Counted from the first letter of the stretch, positions 10,027 to 20,799 are shown. The stretch is DNA of 64,000 nt from Candidatus Eiseniibacteriota bacterium (GCA_963783375.1 CAWANH010000028.1:96001-160000), one strand, 5' to 3'. The notes: generated by a model from the letters alone, not told the origin. Made by a program: numbers and translations.

Positions 10027-10242
10027 CCGGCCCCGAGGCCGCGCCCCGCAGACCCGCGACGATCCGGGCCGGGCCGGAGCGCCGAGGCGCGCGGGCCCAG
10101 CGCGCGGGCGCCGAGGCGAGCGGGCGCCGCCGCCCGACAACGCCGCCCCCGGCGCCGCGATTCACCCGGGTGAACTCCCCGGCCCCGCGCACCACCCGCG
10201 TCGCCTCGAATGGGTGAGCTTCCCGACCCGCCCGAAGCCCTT

Positions 10243-10272
10243 TTGAAAAATCCCCCCCGGTTGGGTTAGACT
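10243..10272 (+). promoter_or_regulatory. Putative sigma70 promoter of the LysM peptidase gene
   Basis: TTGAAA-N18-TAGACT, 40 nt upstream of ATG 10313. Confidence 0.45.
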
Positions 10273-10312
10273 GCGGGCTCCAGCCCAAAGCACCGACCAA
10301 AACTGAAGGCCC

Positions 10313-11095
10313 ATGCCCCTCTACGACCCACAGCGCGTTCGTCCTCGCGCGGTCGCGATCCTGCGTGCCGCCGCGGTCTTCTTTCTGTTCGTCCATCCGC
10401 TCTTCGAGCTGGCGTCCTCGACCGACGCCCGGGCGGGGAGCCTCCGGGGCTCCCTGGCCTCGGTGCGGCGGCAGGACCGGGAAGCCGATCTCAACGACTT
10501 CACCCGCCTTCGCACGCCGGCCCAGGTGAAGAAGTTCCTGAAGCTGGGGCTGTTGGTTCCGGTTCCCGGAAACGCCGACTACGACCTGGACCGCGAAGTC
10601 TCCTTCCCGGTGGCCCGGCCGGAGGTGAAGCTCTTCGTGGAGCGGCTGGCCCGCCAGTACCACGCCGCCACCGGGGAGAAGCTCGTGGTCACGAGCCTCA
10701 CCCGCCCGATCTCCGACCAGCCCATGAACGCGTCGGATCTGTCGGTGCATCCGGCCGGGATGGCGGTGGACTTCCATCGGAGCTCGAGCCGCGCCTCCCG
10801 CCGGTGGCTGGAGCGGGTGCTCCTCTCCCTGGAGGATCGCGGGGTGCTCGAGGCCACCCGCGAACGCCATCCTCCCCATTACCACGTGGCGGTGTTCCCC
10901 AAGCTCTACGCCGCCTACGTGGCACGGATCGCCGGCGGACCCGACACCGTCACCCACCGGGTCCGACGCGGCGAGAGTCTCTGGCAGATCGCGCGGCGCT
11001 ACGGCAGCACGGTCCGGGAGATCCAGACGGCCAACGGAATGGACACCGCGGACATCCGCCCGGGGATGAAGCTCACCATCCCCCAGCTCCGGTAG
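10313..11095 (+). CDS. DUF5715/M15-like zinc peptidase with C-terminal LysM (cell-wall hydrolase)
   Basis: VTSLTR, SVHPAGMAVD (SxHxxGxAxD), PPHYHV; LysM HRVRRGESLWQIARRYG...ANG. Confidence 0.85.
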   Translation: MPLYDPQRVRPRAVAILRAAAVFFLFVHPLFELASSTDARAGSLRGSLASVRRQDREADLNDFTRLRTPAQVKKFLKLGLLVPVPGNADYDLDREVSFPVARPEVKLFVERLARQYHAATGEKLVVTSLTRPISDQPMNASDLSVHPAGMAVDFHRSSSRASRRWLERVLLSLEDRGVLEATRERHPPHYHVAVFPKLYAAYVARIAGGPDTVTHRVRRGESLWQIARRYGSTVREIQTANGMDTADIRPGMKLTIPQLR

Positions 11096-11277
11096 GGACC
11101 CGGCCGCTCCGCGTCCCGGTCTCCCCGCCGCGACCCGCCCCGTAGGCGCCCCCCGAATCTCGGCCCGGCGCGTAAACGGCTATACTTCCCCCACGGGCCG
11201 TCCCGCGGCGAGACGCCGCCGGTCCGTCCGGGGCGGCACCGGGGTCGCGCCCGAACCTCATGCGTGAAGGAGCGGTC

Positions 11278-11562
11278 ATGGTCAGCGCCATCGTCCTTTT
11301 GAGCCTCGAACGGGACAGGATCAACGAAGTGGCCGGGAAGCTGGTGGACCAGGAGGGGATCACCGAGGTGTACTCGGTGGCCGGGCAATACGACCTGGTG
11401 GCCATGGTGCGTGCCCGGGACAACGATGCCCTCGCCGACCTCATCACCGGCCACCTGCTCCAGGTGGAGGGCATCCTTCGCTCCGAGACCCTCATCGCCT
11501 TCCGCGTCTACTCCCGGTTCGACCTGGAACGGATGTTCTCCATCGGCATGGAGCCCGAGTGA
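11278..11562 (+). CDS. Stand-alone Lrp/AsnC ligand-binding (RAM) domain protein
   Basis: EVYSVAGQYDLVA...VEGILRSETLIAF; no HTH. Confidence 0.88.
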   Translation: MVSAIVLLSLERDRINEVAGKLVDQEGITEVYSVAGQYDLVAMVRARDNDALADLITGHLLQVEGILRSETLIAFRVYSRFDLERMFSIGMEPE

Positions 11563-12491
11563 TCGGACGCCCCATCGCGCACGCGCTGATCCTGTTTCTG
11601 GCCATGGCGGCGACCGTGTCCTGCACCGGAAAGGGCGGCGGTTCCGCGCCCGCCCCCGCTCCTTCGCCCGCCTCCTCCGAGGCCTCGGCGGACGCGCGGT
11701 GGGGCCCCGGGCACGCCCGGGCGCGCCTGATCGCCGACCCCGCCGCCGTCGCCCCCGGCGAGAGCCTCGTCGTGGGGGTGAGCTTCGACATCCAGCCCGG
11801 CTGGCATCTCTACTGGAGCGGCGCCAACGACACCGGGTATCCGATCCAGGTGCGGCCGGAGCTCCCGGCGGACTGGAGCGCGGGGGATCTTCTCTGGCCG
11901 GCCCCCGAGCGCCTGGTCTCACCGGGAAACATCCTCGACCACGTCTACACCGACCGGGTCACCCTGCTGCTCCCGGTCCGGACGGCGTCCTCGGAGACCG
12001 ATTCAGTGACCGTGAAGGCCCGGCTCGAATGGTTGGCCTGCCGGGAGGTGTGCCTCCCCGGAAGCGCCGAGGTTGCGCTCACCCTCGCGGTGCGGGCGAG
12101 AGGCGCGTCCTCCGGTCAAGGGAGCGACGCCCCGCTCCTCGCAAGCAAGGCCCCTCCCGATTCCGACGCCGCGGCCCGCTTCGAAGAGACCCGGGAACGC
12201 CTCCCCCTCCCCCTGAGCGCCTCACGAACCCCGGTGGAGGCGCGCCTGGAGAACGGGGCGGCGGTCGTCGTCGTCCCGGGGGCGGCGCGACTCGTCTTCT
12301 TTCCCGGCACGGATTGCGCCCGGCTGGCCAACCCGATCCGGGATGCGGCCGCCGACGGCAACCGGCTGCGCCTGATCCTGGCCCCCGAAGCCGGATCATC
12401 GCCCCGGGTGACCGGCGTCCTGGAGGTCCGCCGTCCCGGCGCGGACCCCGCGTTCTACACCCTCAGCATTCCACCCCCCGCGGGCAGCTGA
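11559..12491 (+). CDS. DsbD N-terminal (DsbC-like) domain lipoprotein
   Basis: Lipobox-like TVSC; PGWHLYW...DTGYP; WLACREVCLPG. Confidence 0.8.
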   Translation: MIGRPIAHALILFLAMAATVSCTGKGGGSAPAPAPSPASSEASADARWGPGHARARLIADPAAVAPGESLVVGVSFDIQPGWHLYWSGANDTGYPIQVRPELPADWSAGDLLWPAPERLVSPGNILDHVYTDRVTLLLPVRTASSETDSVTVKARLEWLACREVCLPGSAEVALTLAVRARGASSGQGSDAPLLASKAPPDSDAAARFEETRERLPLPLSASRTPVEARLENGAAVVVVPGAARLVFFPGTDCARLANPIRDAAADGNRLRLILAPEAGSSPRVTGVLEVRRPGADPAFYTLSIPPPAGS

Positions 12492-12517
12492 TTTCCCGCG
12501 GCATCGAAGGAGCCACC

Positions 12518-13228
12518 ATGTCGAGCACCCATCGCATCCGCATCCTTGCCGCCTGCGCCGGCCTCACCGTCTTCACCCTGATTTCCGGATGCACCGGGAA
12601 CCAAGCCGCCGGGGACCGGAGCGCCGGGGCGGGAGAAACCGCGGCAAACCCGGAGACCGCCGTCGCGGCCTCGGATACTCCGCTCCAGGTCGCCCAGGTC
12701 GGAAAGCCCGCTCCCGACTTCACCCTCACCGACACCGAGGGGAAGACCCACCGGCTGAGCGACTACACCGCCCAGGGAAAGGTCGTGGTACTGGAGTGGT
12801 TCAACCCCGACTGCCCCTTCGTGCAGAAGCAGCACAAGCGGACCCACAACATGATCGAGACCCAGGCCATGGCCGCGAAGATGAGCGTGGTCTGGCTGGC
12901 GGTGAACTCCAACGCGCCCGGGAAGCAGGGATCGGGGTTGGAGCGGAACCGGAAGGCTAAGGACGAATACGAGATGGACTATCCCATCCTCATGGACGAG
13001 GACGGACGGGTGGGGCGGCTCTACCGGGCCAAGACCACGCCCCAGATGTTCCTGATCGACGCCGAGGGGATCCTCCTCTACGACGGGGCCATCGACAACG
13101 ATCCGAGCCCGGACAAGCTGGGAACGGTGAACTACGTGAAGCAGGCGCTCACCGAGCACGCGGCGGGAAAGGCGGTCAGCGAGGCCGAGACCAAGTCCTA
13201 CGGGTGCAGCGTGAAGTACGCGAGCTAG
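12518..13228 (+). CDS. Thioredoxin-family/AhpC-TSA redoxin lipoprotein
   Basis: SD AAGGAG; lipobox ISGC; APDFTL, EWFNPDCPFV, YDGAID, YGCSVKY. Confidence 0.9.
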   Translation: MSSTHRIRILAACAGLTVFTLISGCTGNQAAGDRSAGAGETAANPETAVAASDTPLQVAQVGKPAPDFTLTDTEGKTHRLSDYTAQGKVVVLEWFNPDCPFVQKQHKRTHNMIETQAMAAKMSVVWLAVNSNAPGKQGSGLERNRKAKDEYEMDYPILMDEDGRVGRLYRAKTTPQMFLIDAEGILLYDGAIDNDPSPDKLGTVNYVKQALTEHAAGKAVSEAETKSYGCSVKYAS

Positions 13229-13333
13229 CCCGGTAGGACCGCCGGACGGCCCCTGGCCTCCGCGTCATGGGCCGGAGTTCTCCGAAGTAACCGCGGGATC
13301 CGCGTCGCCACCCGAACGACCCCGCGCCACCCG

Positions 13334-14816
13334 CTACCGCAGCGCGGTCGCGGTCTCCCGGAGGAGCGCCCAGGTGAGGGCGACGTCCTCGGGGGTGGTG
13401 CGGAGGTTCCCCACCGCGAGCCGGAGGCCGAACCGGCCCCGGACCACCACGTGGGAGAGAAACGCCTGCCCGGAGGCGTTCACCGCCTCCAGGAGGGCCC
13501 GGTTGTGGGCCTCGATCGCCGGCTCTTCCGGGATGAGGTCCCCGGGGCCGGCATCCTCCGCGCGGGCCGGGGTGACCACGGCCGGGGGGATGTGGCGGAA
13601 GAGCACGGTGCTCATGGGGGCGGGGGCCAGCCGCTCCCAGTCCGAGGCCTCGTCCACCCACCCGGCGAAGGTCTGCGCCATCTCCACCGCGGCGCGGATC
13701 CGCTCCGCGACGCCCTCGGTCCCGAAGGTCCGAAGCACCATCCAGAGCTTGAGCGCCCGGAATCGCCGCCCCAGGGCCGGCCCGTAGTCCATGAGGTTCC
13801 GGGCCGTGCCCTGTTCGGGGGTCATGAGATAGGGCGGCACCAGGGAGAAGGCCTCGCGGATCACCTCGGGGCGCCGGCAGTAGAGCGCGCTGAGATCGAT
13901 CGGCACGAAGAGCCACTTGTGGGGGTTCACCACGAAGCTGTCGGCGCGGTCGCATCCCTCCAGTACCCAGCGGTACTCGGGAACCGCCGCCATGGCTCCG
14001 CCGTAGGCCCCGTCCACGTGGAGCCAGATCCCCTCGCGCTGGCAAAGGTCGGCGATGGCGGGGATGGGGTCGATGCTGGTGGTGCTGGTGGTGCCCACCG
14101 TGGCCGAGACCGCCATCGGAACCCAACCGGCGCGGCGGTCCTCGGCCACCGCCCGGGTGAGCGCCGCCACGTCCATCCGGAACTCCGGGTCGGTGGGGAT
14201 CCTCCGCACCCCGTCCTGGCCGAGCCCCAGGGTGAGGGCCGCCTTCTCCACCGAGCTGTGGGCCTCCTCGCTGGTGTAGAGCCGGAGCCGGGGGCCGCCG
14301 GCCAGCCCGCGCTCCCGCACCGCACCTCCGGTCGCGGCCTGGCGCGCCGCGGCGAGAGCCACCAGGGTGGAAACGCTCGCGGTGTCGTTGATGTGCCCGT
14401 CGAAGGTGTCGGGGAGCCCCAGCATCCGGCGAAGCCAGCCCAGGGCGGTCACTTCAAGTTCGGTGGCCGCGGGGGAGGTCCGCCAGAGCATGGCGTTGAC
14501 GTTCAGGGCGGCGGTGAGCGCCTCTCCGAGAATCCCGGGCGCGCTTCCGGTGATCGAGAAGTAGGCGAAGAACCGAGGGTGGTTCCAGTGGGTGATGCCG
14601 GGAACCAGGATCTCCCGGAAGTCGCGGAGGGTCTCGTCCGAGGGGGACGGGACGGGCCGGAGGCTCCGCGGGAAGGGCCGCGGCGATCTCCCCGGGTCGG
14701 GTGCGGGCCAGGACCGGGTAGTCCCGGATGCGCTCCAGGTAGTCGGCGATCCAGTCCACCACCTCACGGCCGTGGCGGCGAAACTCCTCGGGACTCAGAT
14801 CGCCCTGGCTCTCCAT
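13334..14816 (-). pseudogene. PLP-dependent aromatic L-amino acid decarboxylase (group II), split by a 1-nt frameshift near 14640-14646 (real or assembly error)
   Basis: N-terminus EEFRRHGREVVDWIADYL in ORF 14454..14816; remainder PGITHWNHPRFFAYF, SPAATELE, HVDGAYGG, NPHKWLF in another frame. Confidence 0.85.
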
Positions 14817-15079
14817 GCCGCTTCTCCTCCGGGGGTTCGGGCCGCGCCGGCCCGCCCCTCTTCCCGGGCTAATTCATTCCGGGATAGCCGTTTAGAATCG
14901 ACCAAGACCATTCAAGACCCGCTCCCCCGTCCCGTCAACCACAAACCCCGGGGCATGCGGCGGTCTTGCCCCCGAATCCCGCGATCCGTAGACTCTATGG
15001 GTTGTCCCTTAAACTGTGAGAGTTTGGGCGTGATGGCGCCCCATTATCCTCCTTTGGCTCACCCTGGAAGGACCACGCG

Positions 15080-17761
15080 ATGGCAGTGCATGACTTCGAT
15101 CCCCCCGAGGGGCTGGATCTCGAGCAGCTCGAGATCGAGGAGTGGCTGGACTCCCTGGACTACGTGATCAAGACCGGGGGGGCGGAACGGGTCCAGAAGC
15201 TCCTCCGCCGGCTCCAGCACCGGGCGGCGGAGTTCGGCATCTCCCTCCCCTTCACCGCCAACACCCCCTACATCAACACGATCCCGCGGACCCACCAGCC
15301 GCGCTTCCCCGGAAACCGGGAGATCGAGCGGCGGATCAAGAGCATCATCCGCTGGAACGCCATGGCCATGGTGGTGCGGGCCAACCGGGAGTCGAGCGGG
15401 ATCGGCGGGCACATCTCCACCTACGCCTCGGCGGCCACGCTCATCGAGGTGGGGTTCAACCACTTCTTCCGGGGGAAGGACGACCCCTCGGGCGGCGACC
15501 AGGTTTACTTCCAGGGGCACGCCTCGCCGGGGATCTACGCCCGGGCGTTCCTGGAGGGGCGCCTCACCGAGGCCCAGCTCCAGAACTTCCGCCGGGAGCT
15601 CAAGCCCGGGGGCGGGCTCTCCTCCTATCCCCACCCCTGGCTCATGCCCAGCTTCTGGGAGTTCCCCACCGTCTCCATGGGGCTCGCCCCCATCACCGCC
15701 ATCTACCAGGCCCGGTTCAACCGGTACCTGGAGGACCGGGGGCTCCTGGAGCACTCGGGAAAGGTGTGGGCCTTCCTGGGGGACGGGGAGCTGGACGAGC
15801 CCGAGGCCCTGGGCGCGATCAGCCTGGCCTCCCGGGAGAAGCTCGACAACCTGATCTTCGTGGTGAACTGCAACCTCCAGCGGCTGGACGGACCGGTCCG
15901 CGGGAACGGCAAGATCATCCAGGAGCTGGAAGCCACCTTCCGCGGCACCGGCTGGAACGTGCTCAAGGTCATCTGGGGGGCGGACTGGGACCTGCTGCTT
16001 CAGAACGACCCGGACGGGATCCTGGTCCAGCGGATGGAAGAGGCGGTGGACGGCGACTACCAGAAGTACAGCGTGGAATCCGGCGCCTACATCCGCGATC
16101 ACTTCTTCGGCCGGGACCCCCGGCTGTCGAAGCTGGTCGAGCACCTCACCGACGAGGAGATCCGGAAGCTCCGCCGCGGCGGCCACGACCCGGAAAAGGT
16201 CTACGCGGCCTACAAGGCCGCCTTCGACCACAAGGGCCAGCCCACGGTGATCCTGGCCAAGACCATCAAGGGGTACGGTCTGGGCGAGGCGGGCGAGGGG
16301 AAGAACATCACCCATCAGCAGAAGAAGCTGAACGAGGTCGAGGTGCGGGAGTTCCGTTCCCGCTTCGGCATCCCCATCTCCGACGACGAGGTGGGGGCGG
16401 CTCCCTTCTACCGCCCGTCGGAGGACAGCCCGGAGATGCGCTACCTCCACGACCGGCGGAAGAAGCTGGGGGGGTACCTTCCCGAGCGGCGCGTGCGCGC
16501 TCCCAAGGGGGAGGCGGTTCCCTCGGAGCTCTTCAAGGAGTTCCTCGAGGGCTCGGAGGACCGGGAAGCGGCCACCACCATGGTGTTCGTGCGCATCCTG
16601 GCCAAGCTCCTGCGCGACAAGTCGATCGGTAAGTACATCGTCCCCATCGTCCCCGACGAGGCCCGCACCTTCGGCATGGAGGCGCTCTTCCGCCAGGTCG
16701 GGATCTACTCCCACGTCGGGCAGAAGTACGAACCGGTGGACCGCGAGACCCTCCTCTACTACAAGGAGGCCACCGACGGTCAGATCCTGGAGGAGGGAAT
16801 CACCGAGGCCGGCTCCATGGCCTCGTTCGTGGCCGCCGGCACCGCCTACGCCACCCACGGGGTCAACACCATCCCCATCTTCCTCTTCTATTCCATGTTC
16901 GGCTTCCAGCGGATCGGCGACCTCGTCTGGCTGGCCAACGACATCCGCTGCCGGGGATTCCTGATCGGGGCCACCGCCGGACGGACCACCCTGGCCGGCG
17001 AAGGGCTTCAGCACCAGGACGGCCAGAGCCACCTTCTCGCCTACCCGAGCCCCAACGTGCGGGCCTACGACCCCGCCTTCGCCTACGAGATCGCGGTGCT
17101 GGTGGAGGAGGGGATCCGGGAGATGGTCGAGGAGCAGAAGCCGGTCATCTACTACCTCACGGTGGAGAACGAGCCCTATCCCATGCCCACCATGCCCGAG
17201 GGCGTGAAGGAGGGGATCCTCCGCGGGCTCTACCGGTTCAAGCCCTCCACCCGGAAGGGGAAGAAGAAGCGGGTCCAGCTCCTGGGGAGCGGGGCCATCA
17301 TGCGGGAGACCCTGAAGGCCCAGGAGATGCTGGAGTCCCGATACGGGGTGACCGCCGACGTGTGGAGCGTCACCAGCTACAAGGAGCTCTTCACCGACGC
17401 CCTGGAGGCCGAGCGCTGGAACCTGCTCCATCCCGGCGAGCCGCCGCGCGTGCCCTACGTGCGGGAGGTTCTCGGCGACAAGCCGGGGGCGGTGGTGGCG
17501 GCCTCGGACTACACCAAGGCCCTCCCGGAGTCGGTGGGCAAGTGGATCCCCGAGCCCTTCCTGGCCCTGGGGACCGACGGTTTCGGGCGGAGCGAGGACC
17601 GGGCGTCGCTCCGCGAGTTCTTCGAGGTGGACGCGCGGTTCATAACCCTGGCCGCGTTGACCGCGCTCTGCCGGACCGGCGCGGTGGAATCCGCGGCGGT
17701 GGTCCAGGCGGTCAAGGATCTGGGTATCGACCCCGAAAAGGCCAACCCCATGATTTCGTAG
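15080..17761 (+). CDS. aceE: Pyruvate dehydrogenase E1, homodimeric type
   Basis: GGHISTYASAA, YFQGHASPGIYARAFLEGRL, GDGELDEPE...NCNLQRLDGPV, EGLQHQDG. Confidence 0.98.
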   Translation: MAVHDFDPPEGLDLEQLEIEEWLDSLDYVIKTGGAERVQKLLRRLQHRAAEFGISLPFTANTPYINTIPRTHQPRFPGNREIERRIKSIIRWNAMAMVVRANRESSGIGGHISTYASAATLIEVGFNHFFRGKDDPSGGDQVYFQGHASPGIYARAFLEGRLTEAQLQNFRRELKPGGGLSSYPHPWLMPSFWEFPTVSMGLAPITAIYQARFNRYLEDRGLLEHSGKVWAFLGDGELDEPEALGAISLASREKLDNLIFVVNCNLQRLDGPVRGNGKIIQELEATFRGTGWNVLKVIWGADWDLLLQNDPDGILVQRMEEAVDGDYQKYSVESGAYIRDHFFGRDPRLSKLVEHLTDEEIRKLRRGGHDPEKVYAAYKAAFDHKGQPTVILAKTIKGYGLGEAGEGKNITHQQKKLNEVEVREFRSRFGIPISDDEVGAAPFYRPSEDSPEMRYLHDRRKKLGGYLPERRVRAPKGEAVPSELFKEFLEGSEDREAATTMVFVRILAKLLRDKSIGKYIVPIVPDEARTFGMEALFRQVGIYSHVGQKYEPVDRETLLYYKEATDGQILEEGITEAGSMASFVAAGTAYATHGVNTIPIFLFYSMFGFQRIGDLVWLANDIRCRGFLIGATAGRTTLAGEGLQHQDGQSHLLAYPSPNVRAYDPAFAYEIAVLVEEGIREMVEEQKPVIYYLTVENEPYPMPTMPEGVKEGILRGLYRFKPSTRKGKKKRVQLLGSGAIMRETLKAQEMLESRYGVTADVWSVTSYKELFTDALEAERWNLLHPGEPPRVPYVREVLGDKPGAVVAASDYTKALPESVGKWIPEPFLALGTDGFGRSEDRASLREFFEVDARFITLAALTALCRTGAVESAAVVQAVKDLGIDPEKANPMIS

Positions 17762-17900
17762 AGGGCGGGCTGGCGCGCGCGGGCAGTCCGCGGGCGCGGG
17801 CGACGGCCGGGAGGAAACGCGATCCCGGGACGACCTGCCGAAAGCAACGACGCCGGGCGTCCCTCGGGACGCGACTCCGAACGCGGAAGGAACGTGAAGC

Positions 17901-19379
17901 ATGGTCAAGGAAATGAAGCTCCCCGAGCTGGGGGAGAACATCGAGTCCGCCCAGGTTCTCTCGGTCCTCGTCTCTCCGGGGGACACCGTGGAGAAGGATC
18001 AGGCGGTGATCGAGCTGGAGACGGACAAGGCCACCGCCGAGGTCCCCTCCGAGGTGTCGGGGGTGGTGAAGGAAGTCCGGATCAAGGAGGGGGACGAGAT
18101 CAAGGTCGGCCAGATCATCCTCACCGTCGAGGAGAACGGGGCCGGACCGGCGGAGACGCCGGCGGAAGCGTCGGCCGGGGCCTCGAAGCCGGCGCCGGCG
18201 AAGAAGGCGAAGGCGGCGGAGGCCGCCGAAGCGCCCGGGGAAGCTCCGGCCGCGCGGGAAGAGGCCGCGCCGGATCGCGCGGTGGCCGCGCCCGGAGCCG
18301 GGAAGAGCGCCCCGGAGCGGAAGGAGGCCGCGCCCCGCGAGACCCCTCCCGCGCGCGGTGAGGTCGTCGCGTTCCCGGGGGGAGCGCGGGAGGAGGGCGA
18401 GGGGCGGACCGGGGTCCGGGGATCCTCGGCCCCGGCCGAGATCGGACGGGTGGCCCCCGCCGCGCCCTCGGTCCGGCGGTTGGCCCGGGAGCTGGGGGTC
18501 GACGTGGAGGAGGTGCCCGGCACCGGTCCCGGCGGCCGGATCTCCCAGGACGACGTGAAGGCATACGTCCGCTACCTGGTGTCGGCCGCCGGGCGGCAGA
18601 ACGGCGGCGGTCCGGCCGTCGCGGGCGGGGCGGGCTTCGCCACCCCCGAGCTTCCCGACTTCAGTCCCTGGGGCGAGGTCGAGCGGGAGCCGGCCACCAA
18701 GCTCCGCCGGCTGACCGGCGAGGCGATGTCCGTCTCCTGGCGCACCATCCCTCACGTCACCCAGTTCGACCGGGCCGACATCACCGAGCTCGAGGCCTGG
18801 CGGAAGCGCCGCGCCGCGGGGGGCGAGGACGCGACCAGGATCACGGTCACCGCGGTGGCGGTCAAGGTGGCGGCGGCGGCGCTTCGACGCTTCCCCCGGT
18901 TCAACGCCAGCTACGACGACCGCGAACACGAGATCGTGCTCAAGAAGTACGTGAACGTGGGGGTGGCGGTGGACACCGACCGCGGGCTCCTGGTTCCGGT
19001 GATCCGCGACGCCGACCGGAAGGGCATCCTGGCCATCGCGGCGGAGCTCGCCGAGCTGGCGGAAAAGGCGCGGACCAGGAAGATCTCCGCCGAGGAACTC
19101 CAGGGGGCCAACTTCAACATCTCGAATCTCGGCGGGCTCGGAACCACCAACTTCTCCCCCATCGTGAACTGGCCCCAGGTCGCGGTGCTGGGGATGGGAC
19201 GGGCGACCCGCGAGGCGGTGTACCGGGACTCCGCGGCCACGACGCCCGAGCCCCGGCTCATCCTCCCCCTGGGCGTCTCCTACGACCACCGGGTAATCGA
19301 CGGCGCCGACGCCGCCCGGTTCCTCCGCTGGTTCGCCGAGGCCCTGGAACAACCCCTGCTTCTCGCCCTGGAAGGCTGA
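17901..19379 (+). CDS. aceF: Dihydrolipoamide acetyltransferase E2 (single lipoyl domain)
   Basis: ETDKAT lipoyl site; PSVRRLARELGVD E3-binding domain; SYDHRVIDG. Confidence 0.95.
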   Translation: MVKEMKLPELGENIESAQVLSVLVSPGDTVEKDQAVIELETDKATAEVPSEVSGVVKEVRIKEGDEIKVGQIILTVEENGAGPAETPAEASAGASKPAPAKKAKAAEAAEAPGEAPAAREEAAPDRAVAAPGAGKSAPERKEAAPRETPPARGEVVAFPGGAREEGEGRTGVRGSSAPAEIGRVAPAAPSVRRLARELGVDVEEVPGTGPGGRISQDDVKAYVRYLVSAAGRQNGGGPAVAGGAGFATPELPDFSPWGEVEREPATKLRRLTGEAMSVSWRTIPHVTQFDRADITELEAWRKRRAAGGEDATRITVTAVAVKVAAAALRRFPRFNASYDDREHEIVLKKYVNVGVAVDTDRGLLVPVIRDADRKGILAIAAELAELAEKARTRKISAEELQGANFNISNLGGLGTTNFSPIVNWPQVAVLGMGRATREAVYRDSAATTPEPRLILPLGVSYDHRVIDGADAARFLRWFAEALEQPLLLALEG

Positions 19380-19383
19380 ACCG

Positions 19384-20799
19384 ATGCCCGACACCCAGAT
19401 GACCCGGGTCGCGGTGCTCGGGGGAGGACCGGGGGGCTACGCCGCCGCCTTCCTCGCCGCCGACCTGGGAATGGAAACCGTGCTGATCGACCCGGAAGCC
19501 AACCCGGGCGGGGTGTGTCTCTACCGCGGATGCATCCCCTCCAAGGCGCTTCTCCACGTGGCCAAGGTCATCCACGAGTCGCGGGCCGCCGCGGACTGGG
19601 GGGTGACGTTCGAGGAGCCGCAGATCGACCTCGATCGGGTTCGCGCCTGGAAGAGCGAGGTGGTCGAGAAGCTCACCGGGGGCCTCGGGCAGCTCGCGCG
19701 GAAGCGCAACGTCACCTACATCCGGGGGACGGGCCGGTTCGAGAACCCCCGGAGCCTCCAGGTGGAGACCGAGGTGGGCACGGTGCGGGTGGGGTTCCGG
19801 GACGCGGTGGTGTCCACCGGGTCGCGCCCCGCCGAACTCCCCTTCGCCCCGAAGAGCGGACGCATCATGGACTCCACCGCGGCCCTGGATCTCCCCGACG
19901 TTCCCGAGCGGCTCCTGGTGGTGGGAGGCGGCTACATCGGCCTGGAGATGGGCTCGGTCTACGCCGCGCTCGGCAGCAAGGTGACGGTGGTGGAGATGAT
20001 GGGGAGCCTCCTCCCCGGGGTGGATGCGGACCTGGTGCGGCCCCTGGCCCGGCGGGTCGAGACCGATTTCGAGGCCGTCCACCTGGGGACGCGCATCGTC
20101 TCCATGGAGGAGACCGCTTCCGGGGTGGCGGTGGTCCTGGACGGAGCGGTGGAGGAGAAACGCCAGACCTTCGACCGGGTGCTGGTCTCGGTGGGGCGGA
20201 AGCCGAACTCGTCGAAGCTTGGCCTGGAGGGGACCGCGGTCCGGGTGGACGAGCAGGGCTTCATCCGGGTGAACGGCCAGCGCCGCACCCACGAGCCCTC
20301 GATCTACGCCATCGGCGACGTGGCCGGCCAGCCCATGCTGGCCCACAAGGCGTCCCACGAGGGGAAGACCGCGGTCGAGGCCATCGCCGGCCACAAGGCG
20401 GTCTACGAGCCCGCCGCCGTCCCCGCGGTGGTGTTCACCGATCCCGAGGTGGCGTGGTGCGGGCTCACCGAGACCGAGGCCAAGGCCCGCGGGATCCCGA
20501 TCGAGGTCGGGCGCTTCCCCTGGGGGGCTTCCGGCCGCGCGCTCACCCTGGGCCGCGCCGACGGGCTCACCAAGGTGCTGGTGGAGCCGGGTTCCGGGCG
20601 CGTGCTCGGGGTGGGGATCGTCGGCCCCGGCGCGGGAGAGCTGATCGCCGAGGGAGTCCTGGCGGTGGAGATGGCCGCCACCGCGCGGGACCTGGACCTC
20701 ACCATCCACCCCCACCCCACCCTCTCCGAGACCATGATGGAAGCCGCGGCCACCATCTTCGGCACCGCCACCGACGTGTACAAACCAAGGCGAAAGTAG
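19384..20799 (+). CDS. lpdA: Dihydrolipoamide dehydrogenase E3
   Basis: GGGPGGY, GGVCLYRGCIPSK, IHPHPTLSE. Confidence 0.97.
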   Translation: MPDTQMTRVAVLGGGPGGYAAAFLAADLGMETVLIDPEANPGGVCLYRGCIPSKALLHVAKVIHESRAAADWGVTFEEPQIDLDRVRAWKSEVVEKLTGGLGQLARKRNVTYIRGTGRFENPRSLQVETEVGTVRVGFRDAVVSTGSRPAELPFAPKSGRIMDSTAALDLPDVPERLLVVGGGYIGLEMGSVYAALGSKVTVVEMMGSLLPGVDADLVRPLARRVETDFEAVHLGTRIVSMEETASGVAVVLDGAVEEKRQTFDRVLVSVGRKPNSSKLGLEGTAVRVDEQGFIRVNGQRRTHEPSIYAIGDVAGQPMLAHKASHEGKTAVEAIAGHKAVYEPAAVPAVVFTDPEVAWCGLTETEAKARGIPIEVGRFPWGASGRALTLGRADGLTKVLVEPGSGRVLGVGIVGPGAGELIAEGVLAVEMAATARDLDLTIHPHPTLSETMMEAAATIFGTATDVYKPRRK

